A stretch of DNA of 64,000 bases. Source: an uncultured Gemmatimonadales bacterium (lineage in GTDB: Bacteria > Gemmatimonadota > Gemmatimonadetes > Longimicrobiales > Longimicrobiaceae). Position numbers and translations under genes: made by a program. The DNA lies in the NCBI GenBank assembly GCA_963716255.1, contig OY970303.1, positions 1,312,001 through 1,376,000 of the forward strand. The letters run 5' to 3'. The notes under the pieces were generated by a model. It was not told the DNA's origin, ran no database searches, and worked only from the letters and a program-made list of their open reading frames with translations. Of the stretch, positions 35,544 through 45,601 are shown piece by piece (within the stretch, counting starts at the first letter, position 1; each line of letters starts with the position of its first letter).

Positions 35544-36842
35544 TCAGCGCGCCATGCGCCTCACCCGCACCGCGCCCCCGTCCTCCCAGGCGAGCACCCG
35601 CGCGCCGTCCGCGCCCGCCAGGTCCGGGAGCCTGCCGCCCACCGTGTTCTCCGCGGGGTGGAGCTTCCCGGCCCCGTCAACGCGGCCCAGCAGCAGCTTC
35701 GGCTCCTGCTCCCTCCGGTCCTCCCAGGCGATCCACGCGCCGTCCGCGCCCGCCGACACGCGGGCCTGCGACGGCGGCACCCACTCGCCTGTCAGCAGCG
35801 GGGTCGCCTCGCCGAAGCGGAGCGTCGCCCCGTCCGCCGCGGCGTACCAGAGCCCCTGCCGCCCCGGCGTGCCGGTGTACCAGGCCACGTGCACCCGCCC
35901 CGCGCCGTCCACCGCCAGCGACGGCCCCGCGTGCGGGCAGCCGGGGAACACCCAGCCGTCCGCGTGCACCCGGCGCGGCGCGGAGAACCCCGCGGCTCCG
36001 GGCGCCCGGCGGGCGACCACCACGTCGCGCACGTCGCCCGCGAAGACCTTGCGCCAGGCCACGTACACCGCGCCGTCCGGGCCCACCGCCAGCGAGGTGC
36101 GGCAGCAGGGGCACACCTCCCCGTCCACCACCACCCCCGCCCCGAAGCTGCGCCCCCCGTCCGTGGACGCCGCCACCCGGACCTCCGAGCCCGGGAGCCC
36201 TTCCTCCCCGGCGGCGTGGGCGCCATGGCCTCCGTGCCCTCCCGGCGCCGCCGGCCCGATCCGCCCGGAAGCGACGCGCTCCGCGCGCAGCCGGTCGCGG
36301 ACGCGCGCGTCGATCCACGACACGTACACCGTCCCGTCGCGCGCCACGGCCAGGTTGTGGAAGGTGTGCGACGACGGGAGCCCGCCCGCGTCGTCGTTGA
36401 CCGTGGCCGCGGGCGCGAAGGTGCGCCCGCCGTCCTCCGAGCGGGCGAAGCGCAGGTCGCTGGCCGGGAACGGCCGCCCCGGCACCGGCGTGCTCCGCTG
36501 CCAGGCCACGTACACCTCGCCGCGCGGCCCCACCGCCACCTGCGGCGGGGCCTGGTCGTGCGTGGAGGCGTCGCCCGCGACCGTGTTGACGCGCACGGGC
36601 TCGCCCGCGGCCCCGTCCGGCGCGATGCGGGCCAGGTACACGCCGGGGACGCCGGCGCTGTCCGCCACCCACGCCGCGTAGGCCGCGCCCGTGCGCGCGT
36701 CCGCGGCCACGGTGGGCCGCCCGGCGCCGCGCGCCGCCAGCGTCGCGGTCGGCCCGGGCGTGTCGCCCGCGGCGGGGGAGCACGCGGCCAGCGCCGCGAG
36801 TCCCAGGAGCGCCGCGCATCCGGATGGGCTCATCGCTCTCAT
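35544..36842 (-). CDS. BNR/Asp-box (sialidase-like) lipoprotein with CPCC and His-rich motifs
   Basis: LAAC lipobox, SEDGGRTF / STDGGRSF Asp boxes, VCPCCRT, GCPHAGP, HGGHGAH. Confidence 0.8.
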   Translation of the reverse strand: MRAMSPSGCAALLGLAALAACSPAAGDTPGPTATLAARGAGRPTVAADARTGAAYAAWVADSAGVPGVYLARIAPDGAAGEPVRVNTVAGDASTHDQAPPQVAVGPRGEVYVAWQRSTPVPGRPFPASDLRFARSEDGGRTFAPAATVNDDAGGLPSSHTFHNLAVARDGTVYVSWIDARVRDRLRAERVASGRIGPAAPGGHGGHGAHAAGEEGLPGSEVRVAASTDGGRSFGAGVVVDGEVCPCCRTSLAVGPDGAVYVAWRKVFAGDVRDVVVARRAPGAAGFSAPRRVHADGWVFPGCPHAGPSLAVDGAGRVHVAWYTGTPGRQGLWYAAADGATLRFGEATPLLTGEWVPPSQARVSAGADGAWIAWEDRREQEPKLLLGRVDGAGKLHPAENTVGGRLPDLAGADGARVLAWEDGGAVRVRRMAR

Positions 36843-36852
36843 CGCCGCCCCC

Positions 36853-39195
36853 TCAGCGGCCCGGGCCGTAGCGGACGCCCACGTACACCGTCCGCGGCAG
36901 CCCCGGCGTCATCTCCTCCTTCGCGAAGGCGCTGTACGCGGCGAGCTCGGCGTAGCGCTCGTCCGCCAGGTTGGTCACCCGTGCCACCAGCTCCACCCGC
37001 CGCGCGACCGGGAGGGCGGCGCGCAGGTTGAGCAGGTCGTGGCCGCCGTAGCGGTGGGTGTTCTCCGGGTCCATCCAGTAGCTCCCCACGCGCGCCCACT
37101 CGCCCTCCACGCGGGCGCCCGCCAGCCACGCCGGCGCGTACGCCAGCCGGGCGCTCGCCAGGTCGCGCGGGGCGGCCTCGATGCCGTTGCCCGCGTAGCT
37201 CACCGCGGCGCTGGGGGCCCAGTCCTCGTACGTCTGGCGCGAGCGCGACCAGTTGGCGTCCGCCGTCAGCTCGTCCGTCAATGCCAGGGCGGCGCCCAGC
37301 TCCACCCCGCGGTGCAGCGTTTCCCCCGCGTTGCTGGAGACCCGGCTCCCGTCCGCGGCGCGGAAGGCGAGGATGTCGTCGCGGATCCGCATGCGGTACG
37401 CGGCCGCGTCGTAGCTCAGCCGGCCCAGGCGGCCGCGGAAGCCGGCCTCCACGTTGTCGGCGCGCACCGGCCGCAGGTCGGTCGAGCTTTCCGCCGGCCC
37501 CTGCCGGAAGAGCTGCCCCTCCGCCGGGGCGCGGAAGCCGTGGCCGTACGAGGCGTACACCCCCAGCGCCGGCCCCGCCTCCCAGGTGACGCCCAGCTTG
37601 GGGCTCAGGTGGTCGTAGCGCGGGTCCGCGTCGGCCGGGCGGCGGTGCGGGCCCGTCGCCAGCGGCGCCAGGCGCGAGTCGTAGTCGTAGCCGGCGTGGT
37701 CGTAGCGCAGCCCGGCCACCACCCGCACCCGCTCCAGCGGCGAGGCCTCCGCCTGCACGTACGGCGAGACCCCGCGGAACACCACGTCGTAGTCGTACAC
37801 CGTGTCGCCGGCGGTGAAGGCGCGCATCACCCGGCCGTCGCGCTCCGGCGCGATCCGCCGCTCCAGCCGGTAGCCCGGGCTGTAGTCCACGTCCACCCCG
37901 GCGATCACCCGCGCGCGCAGCGGCACGAAGTCGCGCCGCACCCTGGCCAGCACCCCCAGCGAGGAGTGCCCCGTGCGGTACCACACCGGGTCGTAGGAGA
38001 GCATCCAGCTGGGGACGATCTCCATGGAGTTGCGGCGCACGAAGGGCGTCACGCTGAACAGGGTGGACCCGGACACCTTTTCCCACGCCGACGACAGGCG
38101 GAACGCCTCCACCTGGCGGAGGGCGATGGGGTTGTAGTTGACGGTGGGGTGGTCGCGGAAGTCGCCCAGCGACACCGCCGACGGGTCCGTCTGGTCGATG
38201 TGCGAGAACGTGGCGACCGTGCGCAGCGCGCCGCCGCCGCCGCCGAGGGCGCGGTCCCAGCGCAGCGTGCCGCTCTGGCGGGTGTAGTCGGTGGCGTCGC
38301 GCCACCCGTCGGTGCGGGTCAGGTTGAGGTCCGCGCGCAGGCCGTCGCGCCCGCGCGTGCCCGCGGCCGTCACCAGCGCCCGCCCCCACCCGAAGCCGCC
38401 GCCCTCCACCGCCGCCTCCAGCCCCGGCCCGGCGGAGGGAGCGCGCGTCCCCACGCTCACCACCCCGCCGATGGCGTCGCTCCCGTACAGCGCGGTGGCG
38501 GGGCCCTTGAGCACCTCGATGCGGTCCGCCTGCGGGAGGTTGACCTCGTACAGCGCGTTGTGGTTGAAGAAGCCGGTGGAGCGCGTGGGGACGCCGTCCT
38601 CCAGGAACAGGTACACAGGCTTGGTGGTCATCGGCTGGCGGATGGCCGTCTTGTGCCCCTCGCCCCCCGCCGCACCGATCCACACCCCGGGGATGCGGTT
38701 GGCGATCTCGGAGGGGTGGGCCGGCATGGACGCGCGGATCGCCGCCCCGCCGATGACGTGCACCGTGGCCGGCGTTTCCGCGCGGCGCTGCGCCTCGCGG
38801 CTGGCGCTCACCACGATCTCCTCCAGCGCCAGGGCGGCGCCCGCCAGCCGGAAGTCGGCGCGCGCCACCCCGCCGGAGGGCACCTCCACCGGCAGCGTGC
38901 CCGGCGAGAAGCCGATGCGCTCGGCCGTGAGCGTCAGCGCCCCGGCGGGGACGCCGCCCAGCGCGAAGCGCCCGCGGGCGTCGGTGTGCGTGGACGCGCC
39001 GCTGGAGGCGCGCACGGCGGCCCCGGCCAGCGGCTCGCCGGTGGCGGCGGACACCACCGTCCCCTCCACCGACCCCGGCTGCTGGGCGCGTAGCGGGAGG
39101 GCGGAGGACAGCAGCAGGACCGCGGCCGCCAGCAGGCGGGCGGCCGGATAGGATACGGAGGCGCGCACGGCGCTCCGGACGACGTGACGGGACAA
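36853..39195 (-). CDS. TonB-dependent receptor
   Basis: Signal peptide, carboxypeptidase-regulatory-like domain, IEVLKGPATALYGSDAIGGVV plug, NLADERY..PGLPRTVYVGVRY. Confidence 0.92.
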   Translation of the reverse strand: MSRHVVRSAVRASVSYPAARLLAAAVLLLSSALPLRAQQPGSVEGTVVSAATGEPLAGAAVRASSGASTHTDARGRFALGGVPAGALTLTAERIGFSPGTLPVEVPSGGVARADFRLAGAALALEEIVVSASREAQRRAETPATVHVIGGAAIRASMPAHPSEIANRIPGVWIGAAGGEGHKTAIRQPMTTKPVYLFLEDGVPTRSTGFFNHNALYEVNLPQADRIEVLKGPATALYGSDAIGGVVSVGTRAPSAGPGLEAAVEGGGFGWGRALVTAAGTRGRDGLRADLNLTRTDGWRDATDYTRQSGTLRWDRALGGGGGALRTVATFSHIDQTDPSAVSLGDFRDHPTVNYNPIALRQVEAFRLSSAWEKVSGSTLFSVTPFVRRNSMEIVPSWMLSYDPVWYRTGHSSLGVLARVRRDFVPLRARVIAGVDVDYSPGYRLERRIAPERDGRVMRAFTAGDTVYDYDVVFRGVSPYVQAEASPLERVRVVAGLRYDHAGYDYDSRLAPLATGPHRRPADADPRYDHLSPKLGVTWEAGPALGVYASYGHGFRAPAEGQLFRQGPAESSTDLRPVRADNVEAGFRGRLGRLSYDAAAYRMRIRDDILAFRAADGSRVSSNAGETLHRGVELGAALALTDELTADANWSRSRQTYEDWAPSAAVSYAGNGIEAAPRDLASARLAYAPAWLAGARVEGEWARVGSYWMDPENTHRYGGHDLLNLRAALPVARRVELVARVTNLADERYAELAAYSAFAKEEMTPGLPRTVYVGVRYGPGR

Positions 39196-39281
39196 GGCTC
39201 CACCTCGGGGAAGAGGGCTGCGTACGGAAGCGCGGGCTCCGGCCGCCGTCGTGGCGTCCGGGCGCTCCGGGTCACCTGGGG

Positions 39282-39731
39282 TCAGGCGCGCAGCGCGGGA
39301 GGTGCGAGGCCGTAGGGGAGGGTGAAGGGAGGGAAGCGGTCCGGGAGCCCGGCCCCGCGGTCGAGGGAGGCGACGGGCGCCGCCGGAACGACGGCCCCGG
39401 CCTCGCGGCACGACGCCGCGAACACGGGGAGCGCCACGCCCGCCGGGCAGCACCCCACGCAGGTGCAGCCGCCGTGGGCGCCGTGGTCGGCCGGCGCCCG
39501 GTCGTGCTCCGCGGCCGCCGCGGCCGCAGGGCCGTGCTCCGCGTGCGCGCCGTGCCCCGCCCGGGCCGCCGGGCCGCCGCCCGCCCGCACGACGGCGGAG
39601 TGGTGGGGGCACGGGTGCAGCCCGACCGCGTCCCCCGTCCAGGTGAACAGGAGGAGGAGCGCCGCCAGCAGGGCGGAGAAGCGGTTCGCCGCGGAACGCT
39701 TCACGGTGGACGGGTGCGAGGCGTCGAGCAT
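39282..39731 (-). CDS. DUF2946/CruR-like His/Cys-rich leader protein
   Basis: N-terminal TM, HPCPHH, His-rich linker, CTCVGCC, C-terminal LAPP; lies directly upstream of the TBDR. Confidence 0.65.
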   Translation of the reverse strand: MLDASHPSTVKRSAANRFSALLAALLLLFTWTGDAVGLHPCPHHSAVVRAGGGPAARAGHGAHAEHGPAAAAAAEHDRAPADHGAHGGCTCVGCCPAGVALPVFAASCREAGAVVPAAPVASLDRGAGLPDRFPPFTLPYGLAPPALRA

Positions 39732-39973
39732 GGGGGAAAGATCGGCGGCGCGCGCCGGACGCGAAATCCGGGCGCTTCCCGAAACCGCGTGGGAGATTTC
39801 CCGACGGGGATGCGCAGCCTCACAACGATAATCGCGCCGCGCCCCGGGGACCAGCATCTCGATCTCGCGGCGCCGCCTGGCCCTGCCCGCGCCGATGTGG
39901 CATCTTCCCGGGCCGCCGTCCCGGACCGCGGGGCGGCCGGGGCTCCCGGTCTGGACGGACACCAGGTACTTCG

Positions 39974-41419
39974 ATGCACGGCAGCGGATCGGCCACGCGC
40001 CCGTTTCGTCCCGCGGCGGGCGCCCTCCGGGCGGCGCTCCTCCGCCTCCTCCCCGCCCTCCTCCTCCTCGCCGCCCTCCCCGCGGCGGGGCTGGCGCACA
40101 CGCGGCTGGAGTCCTCGGTTCCCGCCGCGGACGCGGTCCTGCGCACCCCGCCCGCCGAGCTGCGCCTGCGCTTCAGCGCCCCCGTGGAGCCGCGGCTCAC
40201 CGGGGCGACGCTGCTCGGCGAGGCGGGCGACACCGTCCTGGTGGCCGTCGCGGCTCCCGCCCCCGGCTCCGGCAACCGCGCCTTCGTGGTCCCCGTCACC
40301 ACCACGCTCGCCCCCGGGCAGTACATGGTGGAGTGGCGGACGGCGGGCGCGGACGGCCACGTGATCCGCGGCGCCTACTCCTTCGTGGTGGAGGGGCTCG
40401 CGCCCCCGGCCGCCGCCGCGCCGGCGGACACCGCCCCCGCGCCCGCGGACACCGCCGCCGCGCCGCCCCCGGGCGACGATGCCGGCCGGGACGCGCTCTT
40501 CCTCCCCGGCTCCCCGCTGGGGGTGCTGGTCCGCTGGCTGGGATTCCTGGGGCTGCTGGGGATGATCGGCGCCGCGACGTTCCGCCTGGCGGTGCTTCCC
40601 GCCGCGGAGCGGGGCGGCCTCGCGGCGGAAGCCTCCGGGGCCGCCGCGCGGCGATCCCGCGGCGCCGCGCTGGCCGCGCTGGGGCTCTTCGCGCTGGCGC
40701 TCGCCGGGCGGCTCTGGATGCAGGCGGCCGCGCTCGCCGGGCCGGGCGGCTCCGGCGCGGGCGGGACGCTCCCCGCGGTGCTGGACACCGGGTGGGGCCG
40801 GGCGTGGGCCGCGCAGGCGGCCGGCGCCGCCGCGTTCCTGGCCGCGCTGCTCCTCGCGCGGCGGCGGGAGCACGCGGCGGGGTGGCGGGCGGCGGCCGCC
40901 GCCCTGGCCGTCGTCGCGGCGGGGACCGCCTGGGCCGGCCACGCCGCCGCCGTGGAGCGGGCGCGGGCCCTGGCCCTGCTCGCGGACGGGCTCCACCTGC
41001 TGGGCGCGGGGGCGTGGATGGGGACGCTGGCGCTGCTGCTGGGCGTGGGGATCCCCGCGGCGCTGCGCGCGCCCGCCGGGGGGCGGGGCGCGGGGGTCGC
41101 GGCGCTGGTGCGCGCCTTTTCCCCCATCGCGCTGGCGGGGGCCGGCACCGCCGCCGCCACCGGGGTGGCGAGCGCCCTGTTCCACCTGGGCGCCCCCGCC
41201 GAGCTGTGGAGCACCGGCTACGGCCGCGCCCTCCTCCTCAAGCTGGCCCTGGTGGCGCTGGCCGCCCTGGCCGGGCTGCGCAACTGGCGCGTCCTCACCC
41301 CCGCCCTGGAGGGCGACGCCGGGGCCCGCTCGCTGCGGCGCACCGTGGCCGCCGAAGTGGCCGTGGGCGTCCTGGTGGTGCTGGTGACCGCGGTGCTCGT
41401 GGCGCTGCCGCCGCCCTGA
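39974..41419 (+). CDS. CopC-CopD fusion copper uptake/resistance protein
   Basis: AHTRLESSVP (His1 of mature CopC), ADGHVIRG; CopD WAGHA, LHLLGAGAWMG, YGRALLLKL. Confidence 0.9.
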   Translation: MHGSGSATRPFRPAAGALRAALLRLLPALLLLAALPAAGLAHTRLESSVPAADAVLRTPPAELRLRFSAPVEPRLTGATLLGEAGDTVLVAVAAPAPGSGNRAFVVPVTTTLAPGQYMVEWRTAGADGHVIRGAYSFVVEGLAPPAAAAPADTAPAPADTAAAPPPGDDAGRDALFLPGSPLGVLVRWLGFLGLLGMIGAATFRLAVLPAAERGGLAAEASGAAARRSRGAALAALGLFALALAGRLWMQAAALAGPGGSGAGGTLPAVLDTGWGRAWAAQAAGAAAFLAALLLARRREHAAGWRAAAAALAVVAAGTAWAGHAAAVERARALALLADGLHLLGAGAWMGTLALLLGVGIPAALRAPAGGRGAGVAALVRAFSPIALAGAGTAAATGVASALFHLGAPAELWSTGYGRALLLKLALVALAALAGLRNWRVLTPALEGDAGARSLRRTVAAEVAVGVLVVLVTAVLVALPPP

Positions 41420-41744
41420 GCGGCCGGCCCGCGTGTCCTCCGGGCCGGGCAGGCCGTCCCCGCGGGAGTACACCCGCGGCGGGTCCGCGGCAGGGCCGGC
41501 CAGGGCGCCGCCCGGCCCGGCGAGCCGCCATTTCCGACACTCCGCGACCCCAGCGGCGCGCCCACACTGGCGAAAGCGGGAGGAGGCACGTAATTTGACG
41601 CCTTCCTCCGAATCTTCGTGACCCGTCCCCGATCCAGGGGAACAGGTCGCACCGTGCAGGAACCGTCGGCGCTCCCGGGCTGTACCACGCAGTCCACCGC
41701 CGCGCGCCAGCAGCGCCCATCGCAACCCTGTCACCGACACCCCC

Positions 41745-43355
41745 ATGGCCAGAAACCCCTCGCAGGACTTCGGCGGCTCCTCGGCGTCCACGCTCAATCC
41801 CCCCGGAATGGTGGGGCATGCCTCGGGAGACACGGGGTTCTTCGGCCACCCGCGCGGGCTGGCGACGCTGTTCTTCACCGAGATGTGGGAGCGGTTCTCG
41901 TACTACGGGCTCCGCCCCCTCCTGGTGCTGTTCATGGCCGCCGCGCTCGCGGAGGGCGGCTTCGGGTTCAGCCGCGACCAGGCGTCGGCCATCGTCGGCA
42001 TCTACGGCTTCAGCGTCTACCTCGCCTCGCTCCCCGGCGGCTGGGTCGCCGACCGGCTGCTGGGGCTCCAGCGCGCCATCTTCATCGGCGCCTGCCTCAT
42101 CACCGCCGGCCACCTTTCCATCGGCGTCTCCGGCTTCGCCGGCACCGCGGGCAAGGTGCCCTTCTTCCTGGGGCTGATCCTCATCGTCCTCGGGACGGGG
42201 CTCCTCAAGCCGAACATCTCCGCCATCGTCGGCGACCTGTACCCCGAGGGCGGCTCGCGGCGCGACGCGGGCTTCTCGATCTTCTACATGGGGATCAACG
42301 TCGGCGCCTTCTTCGGCCAGCTCATCACCGGCGCCCTCGGCGAGATGGTCGGCTGGCACTGGGGCTTCGGCGCCGCGGGCGTCGGCATGTTCGTGGGCCT
42401 GGTGGTGTTCATGCTCACGCGCGGCAGGACGCTGCAGGGCATCGGGACCGCGCCCACGCGCCACCCCGACCCGGCGGTGCAGTCGCGGCAGGAGCGCACC
42501 GTGAAGATCGCGCTCGGGATCGGGCTCGCGGCCATCGTCGTCACCTTCGCGCTCGCCGCCACCGGTTCCATCACCATCGACGCACAGGCAATCGGCAACG
42601 TCCTGGTGTACGTCACCCTCGTCATGGTGACGCTCTTCTTCCTCTTCGTCTTCGTCGCCGGCGGCATCAACGGGGACGAGAAGAAGCGCGTGGCGGTGAT
42701 CTTCGTCCTCTTCCTCTTCGCCATCGTCTTCTGGGGCGCTTTCGAGCAGGCGCCCACCTCGCTCAACCTCTTCGCCGCGGACTTCACCGACCGCCAGCTG
42801 GGCGGCTTCGAAGTCCCGGCCACCTGGTTCCAGTCCATCAACTCGGCCTTCATCATCCTCCTCGCGCCCGTGTTCGCGGCGATCTGGGTGGGGATGGGGC
42901 GGCGCGGCAAGGACCTGTCCTCGCCCGGCAAGTTCTCGCTGGGGCTGTTCTTCGCGGCCATCGGGTTCGCGATCATGATCGTCGCCGCCAACCGCGTCGT
43001 GGCGAGCGGCGGCCAGACGCTGGTGTCGCCGTGGTGGCTGGTGGGGAGCTACTTCTTCCAGACCATCGGCGAGCTGTGCCTGAGCCCCGTCGGCCTCTCC
43101 TCCATGACCAAGCTCTCGCCCCGCAAGTACGTCGGGCAGATGATGGGGATCTGGTTCACGGCGTCCGCGCTGGGCAACCTGATCGGCGGCCTGGTGGGCG
43201 GCCACGTGGACCCGGAGAAGCTGGAGCTGATGCCCGAGCTGTTCACGCGCACGACGATCTCGCTCGTGATCGCCGGGGTGGTGCTTGTGCTCCTGATCAT
43301 CCCCATCCGGCGCATGATGGCGGGAACCTCCACCGACGGCAGGGCCACGCACTGA
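41745..43355 (+). CDS. POT/PTR family proton-dependent oligopeptide transporter
   Basis: FFGHPRGL, EMWERFSYYG, GTGLLKPN, FYMGIN, ELCLSPVGLS. Confidence 0.95.
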   Translation: MARNPSQDFGGSSASTLNPPGMVGHASGDTGFFGHPRGLATLFFTEMWERFSYYGLRPLLVLFMAAALAEGGFGFSRDQASAIVGIYGFSVYLASLPGGWVADRLLGLQRAIFIGACLITAGHLSIGVSGFAGTAGKVPFFLGLILIVLGTGLLKPNISAIVGDLYPEGGSRRDAGFSIFYMGINVGAFFGQLITGALGEMVGWHWGFGAAGVGMFVGLVVFMLTRGRTLQGIGTAPTRHPDPAVQSRQERTVKIALGIGLAAIVVTFALAATGSITIDAQAIGNVLVYVTLVMVTLFFLFVFVAGGINGDEKKRVAVIFVLFLFAIVFWGAFEQAPTSLNLFAADFTDRQLGGFEVPATWFQSINSAFIILLAPVFAAIWVGMGRRGKDLSSPGKFSLGLFFAAIGFAIMIVAANRVVASGGQTLVSPWWLVGSYFFQTIGELCLSPVGLSSMTKLSPRKYVGQMMGIWFTASALGNLIGGLVGGHVDPEKLELMPELFTRTTISLVIAGVVLVLLIIPIRRMMAGTSTDGRATH

Positions 43356-43510
43356 GCCCGCCGACAGTGTGGCCGCGGCGGGGCGCCTTCCGGATCTCCG
43401 GGGGGCGCCCCGCCCGCGTTCCGGCCCCGGCGCGTCCGCACGCGCCTTGCAGCACGCGCCCCCGGGGGCGGAGGGCCCGGGGCCTGGATTCCAGAACGGG
43501 ACGGGACAGC

Positions 43511-43750
43511 ATGCACATGACCGACGAAGAGATCGCGGCCGAGCTCCAACGGCGGGGGCTGGAGGTGGAATACCTGCGGGAGCTGGCGTCGGCGCTGGGC
43601 TTCGCGGAGGAGGAAGGGTGGACGGAGGAGGTGTTCGGCGCCATCGAGGGGGCGGAGATGCACGTGCGGCGGCGGGCGGCGCTGCGCACCCTGGACATGG
43701 CGAGCGACCGGCACCCGCCGGGGGAAACGCTTGACAGCGGGACGACGTAG
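43511..43750 (+). CDS. Small hypothetical protein
   Basis: 79-aa acidic helical ORF with host-like codon usage. Confidence 0.5.
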   Translation: MHMTDEEIAAELQRRGLEVEYLRELASALGFAEEEGWTEEVFGAIEGAEMHVRRRAALRTLDMASDRHPPGETLDSGTT

Positions 43751-43786
43751 GCACAGCGTACAGACACGCCCTGGAACCCGGCCCGC

Positions 43787-44155
43787 ATGTTCCACGTAGA
43801 CTCTACAGACCCCACCCCCGTGGAGGTGCAGCTGGTGCGCACCATCCGCTCCGCCGTGGGCGCGGGGCTCCTGGAGCCCGGCGACCGGCTCCCCACCGTG
43901 CGGCAGCTCGCCGTGGAGCTGCGCGTCAACGCCAACGCGGTGGGCAGGGCCTACGACGAGCTGGCGCGCCAGGGGGTGCTGGAGGAGCGCCCCGGGGTGG
44001 GGACGCTGGTCCGCTCGGCCCGCGAAGCCATCCGGCGCGAGGAGCTGTACCTGGAGCTGTGCGCCCTGGAGGACTCGTTCCTCCGGGAGGCCGCGGAGCT
44101 GGGCTTCTCCCTGGACGACGTCATCATCCATCTCGACAGCCGCCGCACCCCGTAA
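43787..44155 (+). CDS. GntR (YtrA-like) transcriptional regulator
   Basis: PGDRLPTVRQLAVELRVNANAVGRAYDEL. Confidence 0.9.
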   Translation: MFHVDSTDPTPVEVQLVRTIRSAVGAGLLEPGDRLPTVRQLAVELRVNANAVGRAYDELARQGVLEERPGVGTLVRSAREAIRREELYLELCALEDSFLREAAELGFSLDDVIIHLDSRRTP

Positions 44156-44169
44156 ATAAGGAGGGCTCC

Positions 44170-45132
44170 ATGCCCGCGACCGATCTCGCTCCCGTCCGTA
44201 CCGCCACCTCCCTGGCCACGGCGAAGGGGCCCCGCCCCAACATCCTCGCCGCCCTCAGCCTGGCCGCCCCCACGGTGGCGGGCATCGCCACGAGCGTCGT
44301 CACCGGCAGCCCGCTCGCCGCGCTCGTGGGGGTGGGGCTGGGGTTCGTCGCCACCCTGTCCCCCAAGATCGCGCGGCAGTGGGAGCGCGCGGTGGTGCTG
44401 CGCTGGGGACGCTACGTGGGGCTCAAGGGCCCCGGCCCCTTCTGGGTGATCCCCTTCGTGGACACCATCCCCGCCTGGATCGACCAGCGCACCGTCACCA
44501 CCAGCTTCGCCGCCGAGGAGACGCTGACCTCCGACACCGTCCCCGTGAACGTGGACGCGGTGCTCTTCTGGACGGTGTACGACCCGCAGAAGGCCGCGCT
44601 GGAGGTGCAGGACTACGCCCAGGCGGTGAGCTGGGCCGCGCAGACCGGGCTCCGCGACATCATCGGCCGCACCTCGCTGACGGACCTGCTGCGCGGCCGC
44701 GAGCGCATCGAGAAGGAGCTGGGGGCGCTGATCGACGAGCGCACCACGCCCTGGGGCGTCACCGTGCACTCCGTGGAGATGCGCGACGTCATCATCCCCG
44801 CCTCCCTCCAGGACGCCATGTCGCGCGAGGCGCAGGCGGCGCGCGAGAAGCAGGCGCGCATCATCCTGGGCGAGGCCGAGGTGGAGATCGCTCAGCTCTT
44901 CGAGAAGGCGTCGCACGCCTACCAGGGCAACCCCACCGCGCTGCAGCTGCGGCAGATGAACATCCTCTACGAAGGGCTCAAGCAGAAGGGCGGGATGATG
45001 GTGGTGCCCAGCAGCATCGTGGACTCCATGGGCGCCTCCGGAGTGCTGAGCGCCGCGGCCCTCGCCAAGCAGGGGGCCGCCGAGGCGGAGGAGCGCCGCG
45101 CGCCGGAACAGCTGCGGGTGGTGGAGGATTGA
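44170..45132 (+). CDS. SPFH/band-7 (slipin/stomatin-like) protein
   Basis: QWERAVVLRWG, DTVPVNVDAV, AQTGLRDIIG, EAQAAREKQAR, ALQLR. Confidence 0.92.
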   Translation: MPATDLAPVRTATSLATAKGPRPNILAALSLAAPTVAGIATSVVTGSPLAALVGVGLGFVATLSPKIARQWERAVVLRWGRYVGLKGPGPFWVIPFVDTIPAWIDQRTVTTSFAAEETLTSDTVPVNVDAVLFWTVYDPQKAALEVQDYAQAVSWAAQTGLRDIIGRTSLTDLLRGRERIEKELGALIDERTTPWGVTVHSVEMRDVIIPASLQDAMSREAQAAREKQARIILGEAEVEIAQLFEKASHAYQGNPTALQLRQMNILYEGLKQKGGMMVVPSSIVDSMGASGVLSAAALAKQGAAEAEERRAPEQLRVVED

Positions 45133-45148
45133 ACTGATCTGAACTGCT

Positions 45149-45305
45149 GGGTTGGGCGTGTCCCCGGCTGGCGCCGGGGTCGGGCTTCGGCTCCGTAGCA
45201 AACGATACTACCGTTTGCAACGGAGTCGAGCCCCGACGATACTGCTGTCGGGTCTCGCCCCTTCGGGCCGAAATCCCTCACGCGGGCATTGCGCTGGCGT
45301 CCGCG
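45149..45305 (-). repeat. Family-1 repeat, copy 6
   Basis: Reverse-complement match to copy 1. Confidence 0.9.
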
Positions 45306-45420
45306 CGGGTGGGCCCCCCTCACCCCCGGGGAGCCTGATCTGCACGGATTCCGTATGAGTAGAGACGAAGCCCCGCCCTCCGCATGGAGGGTGGGGCTTC
45401 GTCGTCGCCGTGCCGTTCGC

Positions 45421-45577
45421 CGTTCCGCAGTACCCCCCAAATTCTGTTCGGAGGGAGACTCGCCGGCTGTTTGGCGAGGCTCACTCCGGCGCAGGGAAAC
45501 CCGCCGGCCGTTTGGCGGGGTTCCCGGAGCCCGCGGAGGAGACGGACAGCAGTACCGTCCGGCTCCGTAGCGGCCCG
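45421..45577 (+). repeat. Family-2 modular hairpin repeat, copy D
   Basis: GTTCCGCAGTACCCCCCAAA start, three modules, CCGTAGCGGCCC end. Confidence 0.85.
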
Positions 45578-45601
45578 CCAAACGGTCCGCAGACGCTCAA
45601 A

